From Dehalococcoidia bacterium (lineage in GTDB: Bacteria > Chloroflexota > Dehalococcoidia > Lucifugimonadales > Lucifugimonadaceae): a stretch of 40,207 nt of DNA. A program made the translations under genes and the position numbers. Position 1 is the stretch's first letter. Every line of letters begins with the position of its first letter. Shown here piece after piece: positions 10,526-19,161 of this stretch. Location of the stretch: assembly GCA_047516345.1 (NCBI GenBank), contig JAKZUY010000165.1, positions 1 through 40,207 on the forward strand, given 5' to 3'. The notes beneath the pieces are model-generated. The model ran no database searches, was not told where the DNA came from, and saw only the letters and a program-made list of their open reading frames with translations.

Positions 10526-10585
10526 GTGTTGTTCCTTTTCCTTGCTCACCATCCCGGTTGGATCCGGAATAGTCGGGCCAATTGG

Positions 10586-11938
10586 CTAAGTTTCGACTAC
10601 CGTGTCACCGGCGTCGTCTGGTGGCTGACCGGCTCGCGCACCGGGGCTTGAGGGTGTCCACAGCCGACTCTTTTCCTCGAGGGCAAGTTCCACGGCCCTG
10701 TCAATCGCGGCTTTGCGCCTGAGCATCCGCCTTATGGCGCCCTTCGTTTCGTCAGAATCCAGATCGGCGGTTTCCTGCCCACTTTGGCGGATACGTTCGA
10801 TCTCTTCCGAAACCTCCCCGTCCGTAACTTCGATGTTTTCGGCATTTGCAAGTTCTTCGAAAACCAACGAACGTTTCAGCCGTGTTTCAGCGGTCGATCG
10901 TGCGTTTGAAAGATAGTCGTCGCTGGTCTGTCCAAGGCTGTGGATGTAGTTTTGGAGGTTGAGATTGTGTCTGGCCAGCATTTCCTGCTGTTCGCTCAGC
11001 ATGTGCTCCGTCTCGTGTTCGACCAGCAGCGGGGCCATCTTGATGTCTGCGCCTTCCACCAGAGCGTCGGCCACTTTATCTTCAAGCGATCGCCTGAGTT
11101 CATCCTCAGCGCTCTTTTGCAAACTATCCCGGACATAGGCGCGAAAGTCGTCCAGTGATTCGAAGTCCCCATCGAAACCCTTCGCAAGTTCATCGTCAAG
11201 CGGGGGCCGGTTCGGCTCCTCTAACCTCGACAGGTCGACCGCAAACACGGCGGTCTTGCCCGCGAATTCCGATTCCCGATAGTCCTCCGGAACCGGCAAT
11301 TCGAAATGCCTGGACTCTCCCGGATTCAGGCCAACCAAGGCTTCCGAGAACCCTGGCAATATTCGGTTATTCTCGAGGTCAACCGGGATACGCGTATTCT
11401 CTAAACTGACCAGCGGCCGACCGTCCACGTCGCCCTTGACTGTGACCGTGGCCATGTCTCCGACCTTGACGGCACGTTCGACCGGATCATAAGTCGTCTG
11501 CATATCCCGAATGCGCTCAATGTGATTATCCACCTGGCTATCCGGGACCGGCTCAGGTTTGTCATCGAACGTGATTGAGGCGTAATCGCCCAGTTTTACT
11601 TCAGGGCGAAGGGCGATAGTAGCGTCCAGCTTTACGGTGGGTTCGCGCTCGACAATCGATACTCGGGGCGTGGCGGCCGGTTCGATGTCTTGTTCTCTGA
11701 CCGCATCGCTGATCACAGCGGGGACGAGCCCCTCAAGGGCCTCGTCCAGCATGAAGTCGCGGCCGACGAATCGCTCGACGATTGTCCGCGGGGCTTTTCC
11801 GCGTCGAAAACCGGGGATGTTAGTGCGCTGGACCAGCCGCTGAAAAGCGCGGTTCATGTAGTCGTCCAGCCGGTCCTTGTCGACCTCGATGTGAAGGATG
11901 GCCTGCCGGTCTGGCGTTTCCTCACGAGTGATTTTCAA
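10586..11938 (-). CDS. tig: Trigger factor (ribosome-associated PPIase chaperone)
   Basis: The N-terminal ribosome-binding signature is NIPGFRRGKAPR. The length (450 aa) and its position upstream of clpP-clpX match the canonical tig-clpP-clpX arrangement. Confidence 0.92.
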   Translation of the reverse strand: MKITREETPDRQAILHIEVDKDRLDDYMNRAFQRLVQRTNIPGFRRGKAPRTIVERFVGRDFMLDEALEGLVPAVISDAVREQDIEPAATPRVSIVEREPTVKLDATIALRPEVKLGDYASITFDDKPEPVPDSQVDNHIERIRDMQTTYDPVERAVKVGDMATVTVKGDVDGRPLVSLENTRIPVDLENNRILPGFSEALVGLNPGESRHFELPVPEDYRESEFAGKTAVFAVDLSRLEEPNRPPLDDELAKGFDGDFESLDDFRAYVRDSLQKSAEDELRRSLEDKVADALVEGADIKMAPLLVEHETEHMLSEQQEMLARHNLNLQNYIHSLGQTSDDYLSNARSTAETRLKRSLVFEELANAENIEVTDGEVSEEIERIRQSGQETADLDSDETKGAIRRMLRRKAAIDRAVELALEEKSRLWTPSSPGARAGQPPDDAGDTVVET

Positions 11939-12075
11939 TAACTGCTCCTACGGATCGGATTGCCAGAAACTGCGGCGGGACTAAGCTGAGACAACTTTCA
12001 TATTGTATCGCGCAGTCCCGGAAAGGGACGCGTCAATTCTAAATCGGTGGCTGCGTGAGGCTCGGCCAACGGCCC

Positions 12076-13863
12076 TCAAAGGGCGGGCCGAATGTGGAGT
12101 TCGGCGAGTTGTTCCTCGGATACGGGACCGGGCGCGTCGAAGAGCGGATCGACCGCAGTCTGTGTCTTTGGGAAGGCGATCACCTCCCTGATCGAATCTT
12201 CACCCGCGAGGACTGCGATCAGCCTGTCCAGGCCAAGGCCCATGCCGCCGTGAGGGGGCGCGCCGTACTCGAACGCCTTGAGTAAATGGCCGAAGCGCAC
12301 GTCGACCTCTGCCTTGCTGTACCCGATGACGTTGAATACGCGTTCCTGAAGGCTCCGGTCATGTATTCGAATGCTCCCGCTGCCTAGTTCCGAGCCGTTG
12401 CAGACGAGGTCGAAAAGCTGGCCGTGGACTCTTTCGGGGTCTGTCTCGAGATAGTCTTCGTGACCAGGCTGAGGGGCGGAGAATACGTGATGTTCAGGCG
12501 CCCAACTCTGAAGTTCTTCGTCGAATTCGAACAGGGGAAAGTCGGTAACGAACAAGTATCTGAATTCGTCCGGATCAGTTAAACCCAGACGCCGGCCCAT
12601 TTCGTTCCTCAAGTTGCTCAAGGCCGCATTCACCGTTTTTGCGGCGCCTGCCACGATCAGAATCAGATCGCCGGCGCCGGCGCCGGTCAGGCGGGCGATC
12701 TCCGACATCACGTCAAGTGAAACATGTGACTTTATGGGCGAACGGACGTCATCCAGGGTCAGATTCGCGGGATTGGCGCTGTCAGCCAGCGCGACCGTTA
12801 TCAGGCCTTGCGCTCCGCTGCTCCGGGCATTGCTGATCAGTTCATCCGTCTGTCTGCGGGTGTACCCGGCACATCCCGGCACAGCGAAACCGCGAACGGC
12901 GCCACCGGATGCCGCCACCGATTCGAAAACTCGGAACCCGCTGTGGGCTACCGTGTCCGTCAGCGTGGCCAACTCCAGACCGAAACGAATGTCCGGCTTG
13001 TCTGTGCCGAACCGGTCGATGGCCTCCCGGTGTGGGATACGCGGGAACGGAGCCTCGACGCGTGCGCCGGGCCGTATCTCAGTCGTAATGCGGCGATACA
13101 GGCCGTCGACAAGACTGAGTACGTCTTCCTGGTGAACGAAGCTCATTTCGAAGTCGAGTTGCGTGTGTTCAGGCTGCCTGTCCGCTCGCAGGTCCTCGTC
13201 ACGGAAACATCGGGCGATCTGGAAGTAGCGCTCGACCCCGGACACCATGAGGAGTTGTTTGAGCTGCTGCGGCGACTGCGGGAGGGCGTAGAACTGGCCG
13301 GGATGTACCCGGCTAGGCACCACGTAGTCCCGGGCTCCCTCCGGTGTGCTCTTGGTGAGGATCGGCGTTTCGACGTGGACGAACCCATTTCCCCCAAGGT
13401 GTTCCCAGATGATGCGAGTGGTTTCGTGGCGCAGCCGCAGCATTTCCTGCATCCTGGGCCGTCGCAGGTCAATGTACCGGTAGGTCAGACGAAGAAGTTC
13501 GTCCACGTTCACGTTGTCGTCGACTTCAAAAGGCGGTGTCTTTGCCGGGCCAAGCACCCGCAGTTCAGAGGCTGCCAACTCGACATCGCCGGTCGGGATA
13601 TTTGGGTTTTCGGCCCCTGGCAGCCGGCGTTTGACGATTCCGGTGGCTTGTACGACCCACTCTGAGCGCAGATCACCGGCGAGCTCGTGGGCTTCGGGCG
13701 AAACCCCTGGGTTGAAGACCACCTGGAGGATGCCGGAGCGGTCCCGAAGGTCGATGAATATCAGAGAGCCGTGGTCCCGCCTCCGGTGCACCCACCCGGC
13801 GACCTGTATTTCGTCGCCTTCGTCTTCACTGCGGGGCGCGCCGCAATCCCTGTTTTTGTACAT
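12076..13863 (-). CDS. aspS: Aspartate--tRNA ligase (bacterial type)
   Basis: The product is 595 aa. It has an N-terminal OB anticodon-binding domain (VAGWVHRRRDHGSLIFIDLRDRSG) and class II motifs (FRDEDLRADRQPEHTQLD, GSELGSGSIRIH, PPHGGMGLGLDRL), plus the bacterial insertion domain. Confidence 0.95.
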   Translation of the reverse strand: MYKNRDCGAPRSEDEGDEIQVAGWVHRRRDHGSLIFIDLRDRSGILQVVFNPGVSPEAHELAGDLRSEWVVQATGIVKRRLPGAENPNIPTGDVELAASELRVLGPAKTPPFEVDDNVNVDELLRLTYRYIDLRRPRMQEMLRLRHETTRIIWEHLGGNGFVHVETPILTKSTPEGARDYVVPSRVHPGQFYALPQSPQQLKQLLMVSGVERYFQIARCFRDEDLRADRQPEHTQLDFEMSFVHQEDVLSLVDGLYRRITTEIRPGARVEAPFPRIPHREAIDRFGTDKPDIRFGLELATLTDTVAHSGFRVFESVAASGGAVRGFAVPGCAGYTRRQTDELISNARSSGAQGLITVALADSANPANLTLDDVRSPIKSHVSLDVMSEIARLTGAGAGDLILIVAGAAKTVNAALSNLRNEMGRRLGLTDPDEFRYLFVTDFPLFEFDEELQSWAPEHHVFSAPQPGHEDYLETDPERVHGQLFDLVCNGSELGSGSIRIHDRSLQERVFNVIGYSKAEVDVRFGHLLKAFEYGAPPHGGMGLGLDRLIAVLAGEDSIREVIAFPKTQTAVDPLFDAPGPVSEEQLAELHIRPAL

Positions 13864-14099
13864 ACTTTGCCTTCTACCCCGGAAAATGCAGCGAATCCAC
13901 CGGCCATGCGGGTAGGCAATCCGATCTGTCGAGGTTATGCAATGGTTTCGAGAGGGGGAGGAGTACTCCCAACTGAATCATCCGACTTGGACCGGACACG
14001 GCCCTGGATTAATCGGACCTGTCGGCGCGGAAACGGGTCGAAAGCCCGGTCAACGTTGTCGAGCGGGCTGACACCCCGGAGCGCGAAGGCTCAGTCAGT

Positions 14100-14540
14100 T
14101 CACACCGGTATTCCGGCAGACCTCTTCACAACGGCGAGGTTCACGAACGTCTCAGTGCGGCGGACGCCGCCGATGGTGCCCACCTGGTCTCGCAGGAATC
14201 GCCCCAATGTTTCGGCGTTTGGCAACGTCGCCCACGCGAATACGTCGTAAGTGCCGGTCGTGACGGCCACCCACCGGGTTGCAGTCAGTTTGGAAATCTC
14301 GTTGGCGACGGCATCAATCTTGTCGGGATCGACCTGCACGCCTATCAGCGCTTCGGATTCGTAACCCAATTTTCGGGGGTCCGGCAGGGCTACGACATTG
14401 ATAATCTTTTCGTTGATAAGGCGCTTGAGCCGACGTCGGACAGTGCCTTCGCTGACGCCCACGTCCCGTGCGATGTGAGCGTTGGGCGCCCTGCCGGATT
14501 GCCCAAGGATATTGATGATTTTGCGGTCGAGATCGTCCAT
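14100..14540 (-). CDS. Lrp/AsnC family transcriptional regulator
   Basis: The product is 146 aa. An N-terminal HTH (LDRKIINILGQSGRAPNAHIARDVGVSEGTVRRRLKRL) is followed by a C-terminal RAM/AsnC ligand-binding fold. Confidence 0.88.
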   Translation of the reverse strand: MDDLDRKIINILGQSGRAPNAHIARDVGVSEGTVRRRLKRLINEKIINVVALPDPRKLGYESEALIGVQVDPDKIDAVANEISKLTATRWVAVTTGTYDVFAWATLPNAETLGRFLRDQVGTIGGVRRTETFVNLAVVKRSAGIPV

Positions 14541-14893
14541 GGTTCCCCGTTCTCTAAGTCGCGATGGCCAGGAATTCGCGGTAAAACTGCCCGGGTTGAC
14601 CGTTTAGAGGCAGTCATTGCCGGTCGTAGGCGACGACTAAGGTTTTTGATCCGGCGGCGGAATTCGCAGAACATGAATCATTAAGCCACCCTTATTCGCA
14701 ATAATACATACTAAATTGGAGAGTCGAAAGCCCAATTCGTACGAAATGCGATATCGGCGCCGAGAAATTGGCCCAGCCCAGGTCGTTTGCCAGCGCGGGC
14801 CAGTCATCAAGTAGAATAATCGTTGGCGAATCAATTACAGCGTCCAACGGGGAACGACGCGCCCGCGCCGATTTCCCACGCCGGGAGGGCTTG

Positions 14894-15250
14894 ATGGTCA
14901 TCGAGAATCAGCAAATTTTGGCATTCACTGAGGCTGCCACGACCAAGCTGTCAGAGGTTCTTAAAGAGCAAGATGCCGAAGGATCGTATCTGCGTATCGC
15001 GGTCACCCAAAACCCTGCCGGGGGCGTGGAGTACGTGTTCGGGCTCGAAGAAGAGGCTGGCGAAGAAGATCGAACCGTTGAGTCTGGTGGAGTTCGAGCG
15101 TTGATCGATGAAGACAGCGCGCCGCTGCTTGATGGGTCGAGCATCGACTATGTAGAGGGGTTCCAGCGTTCAGGGTTCGTTATCTCCAATCCGAACTTTG
15201 CTGGCGGGTGTGCTTGCGGTGGGGGCGGTTGCGGCTGCTCAGGCGGTTAA
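14894..15250 (+). CDS. HesB/IscA-family (A-type) iron-sulfur carrier-like protein, atypical cysteine pattern
   Basis: It aligns with IscA/ErpA: LRIAVT...YVFGLEEE, IDYVEG..SGFVISNPN, and a C-terminal Cys cluster. The start is the ATG at 14894, preceded by GGGAGGG. The upstream extension from 14768 in the ORF track looks non-coding. Confidence 0.75.
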   Translation: MVIENQQILAFTEAATTKLSEVLKEQDAEGSYLRIAVTQNPAGGVEYVFGLEEEAGEEDRTVESGGVRALIDEDSAPLLDGSSIDYVEGFQRSGFVISNPNFAGGCACGGGGCGCSGG

Positions 15251-15370
15251 TAGTTAATAGCGGTCGCCGAACACTGCACGGGGTGGCGCCGGTTACGTAT
15301 AATCCGCCGTCGGATTCAGACTTGATTGTTTCGCGCGCCTGGTGCTGGCGGCGTTAAGAGAGGTCGCCGG

Positions 15371-15637
15371 ATGACATACATCATCGCAAAAGATTGCGTA
15401 GACGTGATGGACGGAGCATGCGTCGATGTATGCCCCGTCGACTGCATCTACTCAAAGCCGGGTGACCGGCAACTGTTCATCAGTCCAGACGAGTGTATTG
15501 ACTGCGCGGCGTGCGAACCTGTATGCCCTGTTAACGCCATCTTCCCTGAAGATCAGGTGCCGGACGATCAGCAGGAATTCATCCCGCTCAACTACGACTA
15601 CGACTACGACAGTTCCGAGCCCGGCCTGAACACCTGA
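15371..15637 (+). CDS. fdxA: Ferredoxin, 7Fe-type (3Fe-4S plus 4Fe-4S), FdxA-like
   Basis: The sequence MTYIIAKDCVDVMDGACVDVCPVDCIY...DECIDCAACEPVCPVNAI has the cysteine spacing of actinobacterial/Azotobacter-type 7Fe ferredoxins. The start is the ATG at 15371, preceded by AGAGAGG. Confidence 0.88.
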   Translation: MTYIIAKDCVDVMDGACVDVCPVDCIYSKPGDRQLFISPDECIDCAACEPVCPVNAIFPEDQVPDDQQEFIPLNYDYDYDSSEPGLNT

Positions 15638-15663
15638 GGCAGGGCGGTTGTAGCCAGTTCCCG

Positions 15664-15683
15664 GGGGCGGATTGTTCCGCCCC
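15664..15683 (+). terminator. Candidate terminator hairpin after the ferredoxin gene
   Basis: The hairpin is GGGGCGG-attgtt-CCGCCCC, with a 7-bp GC stem, followed by TTCCC. The U-tract is weak. Confidence 0.3.
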
Positions 15684-15849
15684 TTCCCAGCCTTGTCCCG
15701 CTGAATGTGGAGAGTGCGCTGCCGTCCCGATTTTCCGGACAGGACATTCGTTGCCCATGATTGAGTTGCGCCAGGGTCTCTTCCAACGCGGAAGGGATAT
15801 ATTCGTTTGAAGAATCGTTCCTGACTGCCCCACAGGGTGCGGGAATGAT

Positions 15850-15871
15850 GTACGCTTTACGTAAGACGTAC
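15850..15871 (+). promoter_or_regulatory. 22-bp imperfect palindrome, candidate HigA/HigBA operator
   Basis: In GTACGCTTTACGTAAGACGTAC, 18 of 22 positions are self-complementary, with a perfect TTACGTAA core. It ends 1 nt before the higB ATG. Confidence 0.35.
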
Positions 15872-15872
15872 A

Positions 15873-16154
15873 ATGATACAGGGATTCAAGGATCGGTCGA
15901 CTAGGCAGTTTTACGAAGGCCAGTTGGTCCGAGCGTTCCAGGGATTTGCCAATCAGGCAACGCGTCGGCTAACGGTATTGGACTCAGCTTCAACACTGCA
16001 AGACCTTGGGGGTTTACCCAGTAATCGGTTGGAATCGCTCTCCGGCGTTCGGTCAGGGCAGCACAGCATACGGATCAATCGCCAGTGGCGCATCTGTTTT
16101 CGATGGAGCCACGATGGACCGTACGACGTGGAGATCGTGGATTACCACAGGTGA
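15873..16154 (+). CDS. higB: HigB-type toxin (RelE/ParE superfamily, plasmid maintenance system killer family)
   Basis: The product is 93 aa. Motifs are MIQGFKDRSTRQFYEG..., LDSASTLQDL....NRLESLSG.R.GQHSIRINRQWRICFRW and VEIVDYH. This is the characteristic HigB pattern, and the toxin gene precedes the antitoxin gene. Confidence 0.85.
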   Translation: MIQGFKDRSTRQFYEGQLVRAFQGFANQATRRLTVLDSASTLQDLGGLPSNRLESLSGVRSGQHSIRINRQWRICFRWSHDGPYDVEIVDYHR

Positions 16155-16164
16155 GGAGTTTGAC

Positions 16165-16521
16165 ATGAGTGTGAAAAACGGAATGCGGCCGGTACACCCG
16201 GGTGAGATATTGGGCGAAGAGCTTGAGGAGCTTGGCATGTCTGCCAATGCGCTGGCTGGCGCCCTCGGGGTTCCCGCGAACCGAATTACGACGATCCTGA
16301 AGGGCCAGCGCGGGGTAACCGCTGATACGGCTCTGCGCCTGTCCCGCTACTTCGGTACTACACCGCAACTCTGGCTGAACCTTCAGAAGACGTTTGAGTT
16401 GCGGGTGGCGGAGATCGAGTCTGCAATGGATATCGCGAGGCGAGTTCGGCCTCGCGATACCGTGCAGGTTGCAAGCGGCCATGTCAGCCTGCAAGTTGCC
16501 GAGGACAAGAGTCCTTATTGA
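16165..16521 (+). CDS. higA: HigA-type antitoxin, XRE-family helix-turn-helix protein
   Basis: The sequence is VHPGEILGEELEELGMSANALAGALGVPANRITTILKGQRGVTADTALRLSRYFGTTPQLWLNLQ. The ATG at 16165 lies 7 nt after a GAGGAG Shine-Dalgarno and 10 nt after the higB stop. Confidence 0.87.
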   Translation: MSVKNGMRPVHPGEILGEELEELGMSANALAGALGVPANRITTILKGQRGVTADTALRLSRYFGTTPQLWLNLQKTFELRVAEIESAMDIARRVRPRDTVQVASGHVSLQVAEDKSPY

Positions 16522-16794
16522 CCCGCGTCGCGAAGGGAAGGGGCACTGTTCCGCCGCTTAATGAGCAGTGCGTATGGCCGCTCCTTCGAAGAGTTAAGCA
16601 AAAGGTTCGCCAACTCGGGTGAGACGCGGGGCGTATTCAACTACGCATTTCCATTTACTTTTGGGCGTAACGTCCGCCGGCGGCTACGGGCAGCACGCCG
16701 AGGGCAACTGACTTAGCGTCGCCGGTTAGAGGGCAAACGCGTCAGGGATGCCCTCTCAGGGCCCCGACGCGTTAGGCCATGCGGAGGAATACAG

Positions 16795-17232
16795 GTGCAG
16801 GAAAAACCCAGGGAGTCAGGTGAACGGGTCCGGCGTGAGATCGAGGAGATACTCGCGAAGGACGAAGTCAAAGCGCCTTTGGCGGTCGCCGCTCCGAGGC
16901 CGGCACGCCCGGTTTCACGGATCGGCCGTGCCGGAATCACGTCCGGCCATCTCGTCGTGCTGGGGATGGTCACCCTCATTGCGGCAGGATTTCTTGGATG
17001 GCCTCTGACGCTGCCGTTCGCTCTTCTTGGAGCGGGGCTCTGTGCCGCAGGGTATTGGATGTCAGTAAGGGGCGGGCGAAAGGCCAACCCGCGGGTTCGC
17101 AAGAGCGAACAGCCTGCGACATGGTGGCGCGGCCAAAAGACCGAACCCTCGCAGGGCAGCGGCAACGTGGTCGACTTTCGGGAACACCGACCCAGTCTGC
17201 TACAGAGATGGTTCAAACGCGGCGACCGTTAG
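16795..17232 (+). CDS. Hypothetical small membrane protein (charged N-terminus, two predicted TM helices, basic C-terminus)
   Basis: A GTG start lies 7 nt after GGAGG. The hydrophobic stretches are HLVVLGMVTLIAAGFLGW and LTLPFALLGAGLCAAGYW. A good intrinsic terminator follows on the same strand. The overlapping minus-strand ORF (16713..17216) is Arg/Ser/Pro-rich frame noise. Confidence 0.55.
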   Translation: MQEKPRESGERVRREIEEILAKDEVKAPLAVAAPRPARPVSRIGRAGITSGHLVVLGMVTLIAAGFLGWPLTLPFALLGAGLCAAGYWMSVRGGRKANPRVRKSEQPATWWRGQKTEPSQGSGNVVDFREHRPSLLQRWFKRGDR

Positions 17233-17277
17233 GCCCGCCATACATCGGGGGTGGCGGCATTCACCCCTCGTCCCGAA

Positions 17278-17306
17278 CTTCCTCCGAAAAGGGGGAAGAA
17301 TTTTTT
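17278..17306 (+). terminator. Rho-independent terminator
   Basis: The sequence is CTTCCTCC-GAAAA-GGGGGAAG, an 8-bp stem with one G-U pair, followed directly by AATTTTTT. It lies 45 nt after the stop of the 16795..17232 ORF. Confidence 0.6.
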
Positions 17307-17364
17307 ACCGCTCCCACTGTTGGGGAACTGGTTTTACCCGATCTGTGAGTTGCGAGGCGCGTTC

Positions 17365-19161
17365 CTAGACGGCGCACTCGCCCTCCCCGCGCTCCAACTT
17401 GTACAGGACCGTCTTGCCCCAGTCCATGTAGCTGTCGATGTTTTCCCTGTCGAGAGGTCCGACCTCCTCTTTGTAGGGTCGGAACATCTGTTCAAAGGGC
17501 GCAGTGCCCACGCGTTGGACGAAACTGGCGAACGGCTCGTCAGCGTTCCGATTCTCGCGGTAGTAGTCGAGAACCGAAGTGAGAGCACGCGGCGCGAACC
17601 GGGCGGGCACCCGCGCCTTGACGCGCTGGCCCACTCGAACATCTCCGTCACCGTATTTACCGCCTAGGAACAACTCGTACGCCGGCACCTGGCCGCCCTT
17701 TCCCTTCATAACGGCGCCGTGGAAGCCGATATCGGCGATGTGGTGCTGGCCGCATGAGTTGGGGCAACCGCTGGCCTTGATGTGGATTTTCCTGATCAGC
17801 TGATCGTCTGTGTCGAGCTTGTCAATGACCTCGCCCAAAGCCTTGTTGAGCCCCATCGATGAGGTGATTCCCAGTTTGCAGGAATCGGTTCCCGGACAGG
17901 TAACGATGTCGCGGATAGTCTCGCGACCCGCCGCGGCCATGTCCAAATCCCTGAGCCCCAGGTAGACGTCGTAGAGCGCCTCGTCGCGAACCCACCTGAA
18001 TATCAGGTTTTGCTGCTGGTCGATGCGCGCTCGTCCGCCTGCGAAGTCTCTTGCGATGTCGCCTAGCGGGGACCACTGTTCGGCGTAGATGTCGCCCCGC
18101 TCCACTCGTACGTAGACGAGGTTGAAGCCGGTCTGGCGTTGCGGGCTCGTGTTCTCTCGTTTCCAGAGGTCGTATGAATCGTCGTCCGCCGGTTCGGGTG
18201 TGCAGCTCGCCGCCGGTCCGGGCGCATCGGTTTCCTCTTCGTCGACGAAGAGAAGGGCGTCCAGATCGACGCTCTTCTTTGCCCACTCGCCTTTGAGTTC
18301 AAGCTCAACCAATCGCCGGAACTCTTCAATCCCTTCTCTTGCAATCAGGAACTTGATGCGAGCCTTCATGAGGCTTTTGCGCTCGTCGGTCGACCTGTTG
18401 AAAATCCTGAGGCACGCTTCGGAGACCTTCAGGAACTCGTCCACCGGGACGAATTCGTAGAGCGTGTCGGCCATCCGTGGCATGATCGACAGTCCGCCGC
18501 CGACCACCATCTTGAAACCTCTTTGGCCGTCCCTGACGCGGGCTATGAAACCGACGTCGTGAATAGCCGTAATCGATACGTCGTTCTCCGATCCCGAGAA
18601 CGCGGTCTTCACCTTGCGCGGCATGTTTTGAGTAGTGGCGTGCCGCAAAAAGTACCGGGCGTACGCGCCGGCGTAAGGCGTCACGTCGAAAACCTCATCA
18701 CTTGCAACGCCGGCCTCCGGAGGGGCCACGACGTTGCGAACCGTGTTGCCGCAAGCCTCACGGGTGGTCAGGCCCACGTCGCCCAGGGCTCGCAGGACCT
18801 CCGGGGTTTCCGGCAACGGCACGTGGTGGAACTGGACATTTTCCCGGGTGGTCAGATGCCCTTTTTTCAAAGGCGCAAAGCGGTCCGAAATCTGCCCCAT
18901 TACGTCCATCTGGTCTGCGGTCAGGCCGCCAAATGGGACTTTTATCCGGATCATCTGGCTGTCGGGCTGTCTTTGCCCGTAGATACCCTGGCGCAGCCTG
19001 AAACGAGTGAACTCAGTGTTGTCCCACTCGCCGGCTCGGAAGCGCTGGACTTCCTCTTCGAAGGTTTCGATCTCTTCTGGCAGGATCGGCAGTACGCGTC
19101 TCCCTGCTGGATTCGGAGTCCATTTTTCTCCGGCCGTGGATCGATTGGCTGTAGTGGTCAA
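17365..19161 (-). CDS. Ferredoxin-dependent sulfite/nitrite reductase (siroheme-[4Fe-4S] hemoprotein, NirA/Sir family)
   Basis: The product is 598 aa with duplicated NIR_SIR ferredoxin-like halves. The cluster/siroheme cysteines are TCPGTDSC (Cx5C) and SGCPNSCGQHH (Cx3C). The TTG start is preceded by GGGAGA. Sulfite and nitrite specificity cannot be distinguished by eye. Confidence 0.85.
   Translation of the reverse strand: MTTTANRSTAGEKWTPNPAGRRVLPILPEEIETFEEEVQRFRAGEWDNTEFTRFRLRQGIYGQRQPDSQMIRIKVPFGGLTADQMDVMGQISDRFAPLKKGHLTTRENVQFHHVPLPETPEVLRALGDVGLTTREACGNTVRNVVAPPEAGVASDEVFDVTPYAGAYARYFLRHATTQNMPRKVKTAFSGSENDVSITAIHDVGFIARVRDGQRGFKMVVGGGLSIMPRMADTLYEFVPVDEFLKVSEACLRIFNRSTDERKSLMKARIKFLIAREGIEEFRRLVELELKGEWAKKSVDLDALLFVDEEETDAPGPAASCTPEPADDDSYDLWKRENTSPQRQTGFNLVYVRVERGDIYAEQWSPLGDIARDFAGGRARIDQQQNLIFRWVRDEALYDVYLGLRDLDMAAAGRETIRDIVTCPGTDSCKLGITSSMGLNKALGEVIDKLDTDDQLIRKIHIKASGCPNSCGQHHIADIGFHGAVMKGKGGQVPAYELFLGGKYGDGDVRVGQRVKARVPARFAPRALTSVLDYYRENRNADEPFASFVQRVGTAPFEQMFRPYKEEVGPLDRENIDSYMDWGKTVLYKLERGEGECAV

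Noticed and set aside
13864-14099. Possible T-box leader upstream of aspS (236-nt gap after the Lrp-family gene, minus strand).
   Set aside because: The only T-box-like string (GGCCGGTGGATTCGC) matches the conserved AANNNGGGTGGNACCGCG box poorly. I could not find a specifier loop with a GAC/GAU codon or a terminator/antiterminator pair.
14768-14893. A 42-codon N-terminal extension of the IscA-like ORF, and small ORFs (14637..14834, 14692..14901 on the minus strand) in the Lrp-IscA intergenic region.
   Set aside because: The extension lacks homology to A-type carriers, which begin at the internal ATG at 14894, and that ATG has a GGGAGGG Shine-Dalgarno. The minus-strand ORFs cross an AT-rich promoter-like stretch and have no ribosome-binding site or motif.
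15604-15873. An 89-aa minus-strand ORF spanning the ferredoxin-higB intergenic region.
   Set aside because: It has a TTG start with no Shine-Dalgarno, overlaps the ferredoxin 3' end and the candidate terminator hairpin, and shows no recognisable domain.
16561-16716. A 51-codon plus-strand ORF (MSSAYGRSFEELSKRFANSGETRGVFNYAFPFTFG...) in the gap after higA, below the ORF-track size cutoff.
   Set aside because: It has no Shine-Dalgarno and no recognisable family, and it ends in an Arg-rich tail. It could be a gene remnant, but the sequence alone does not support it.
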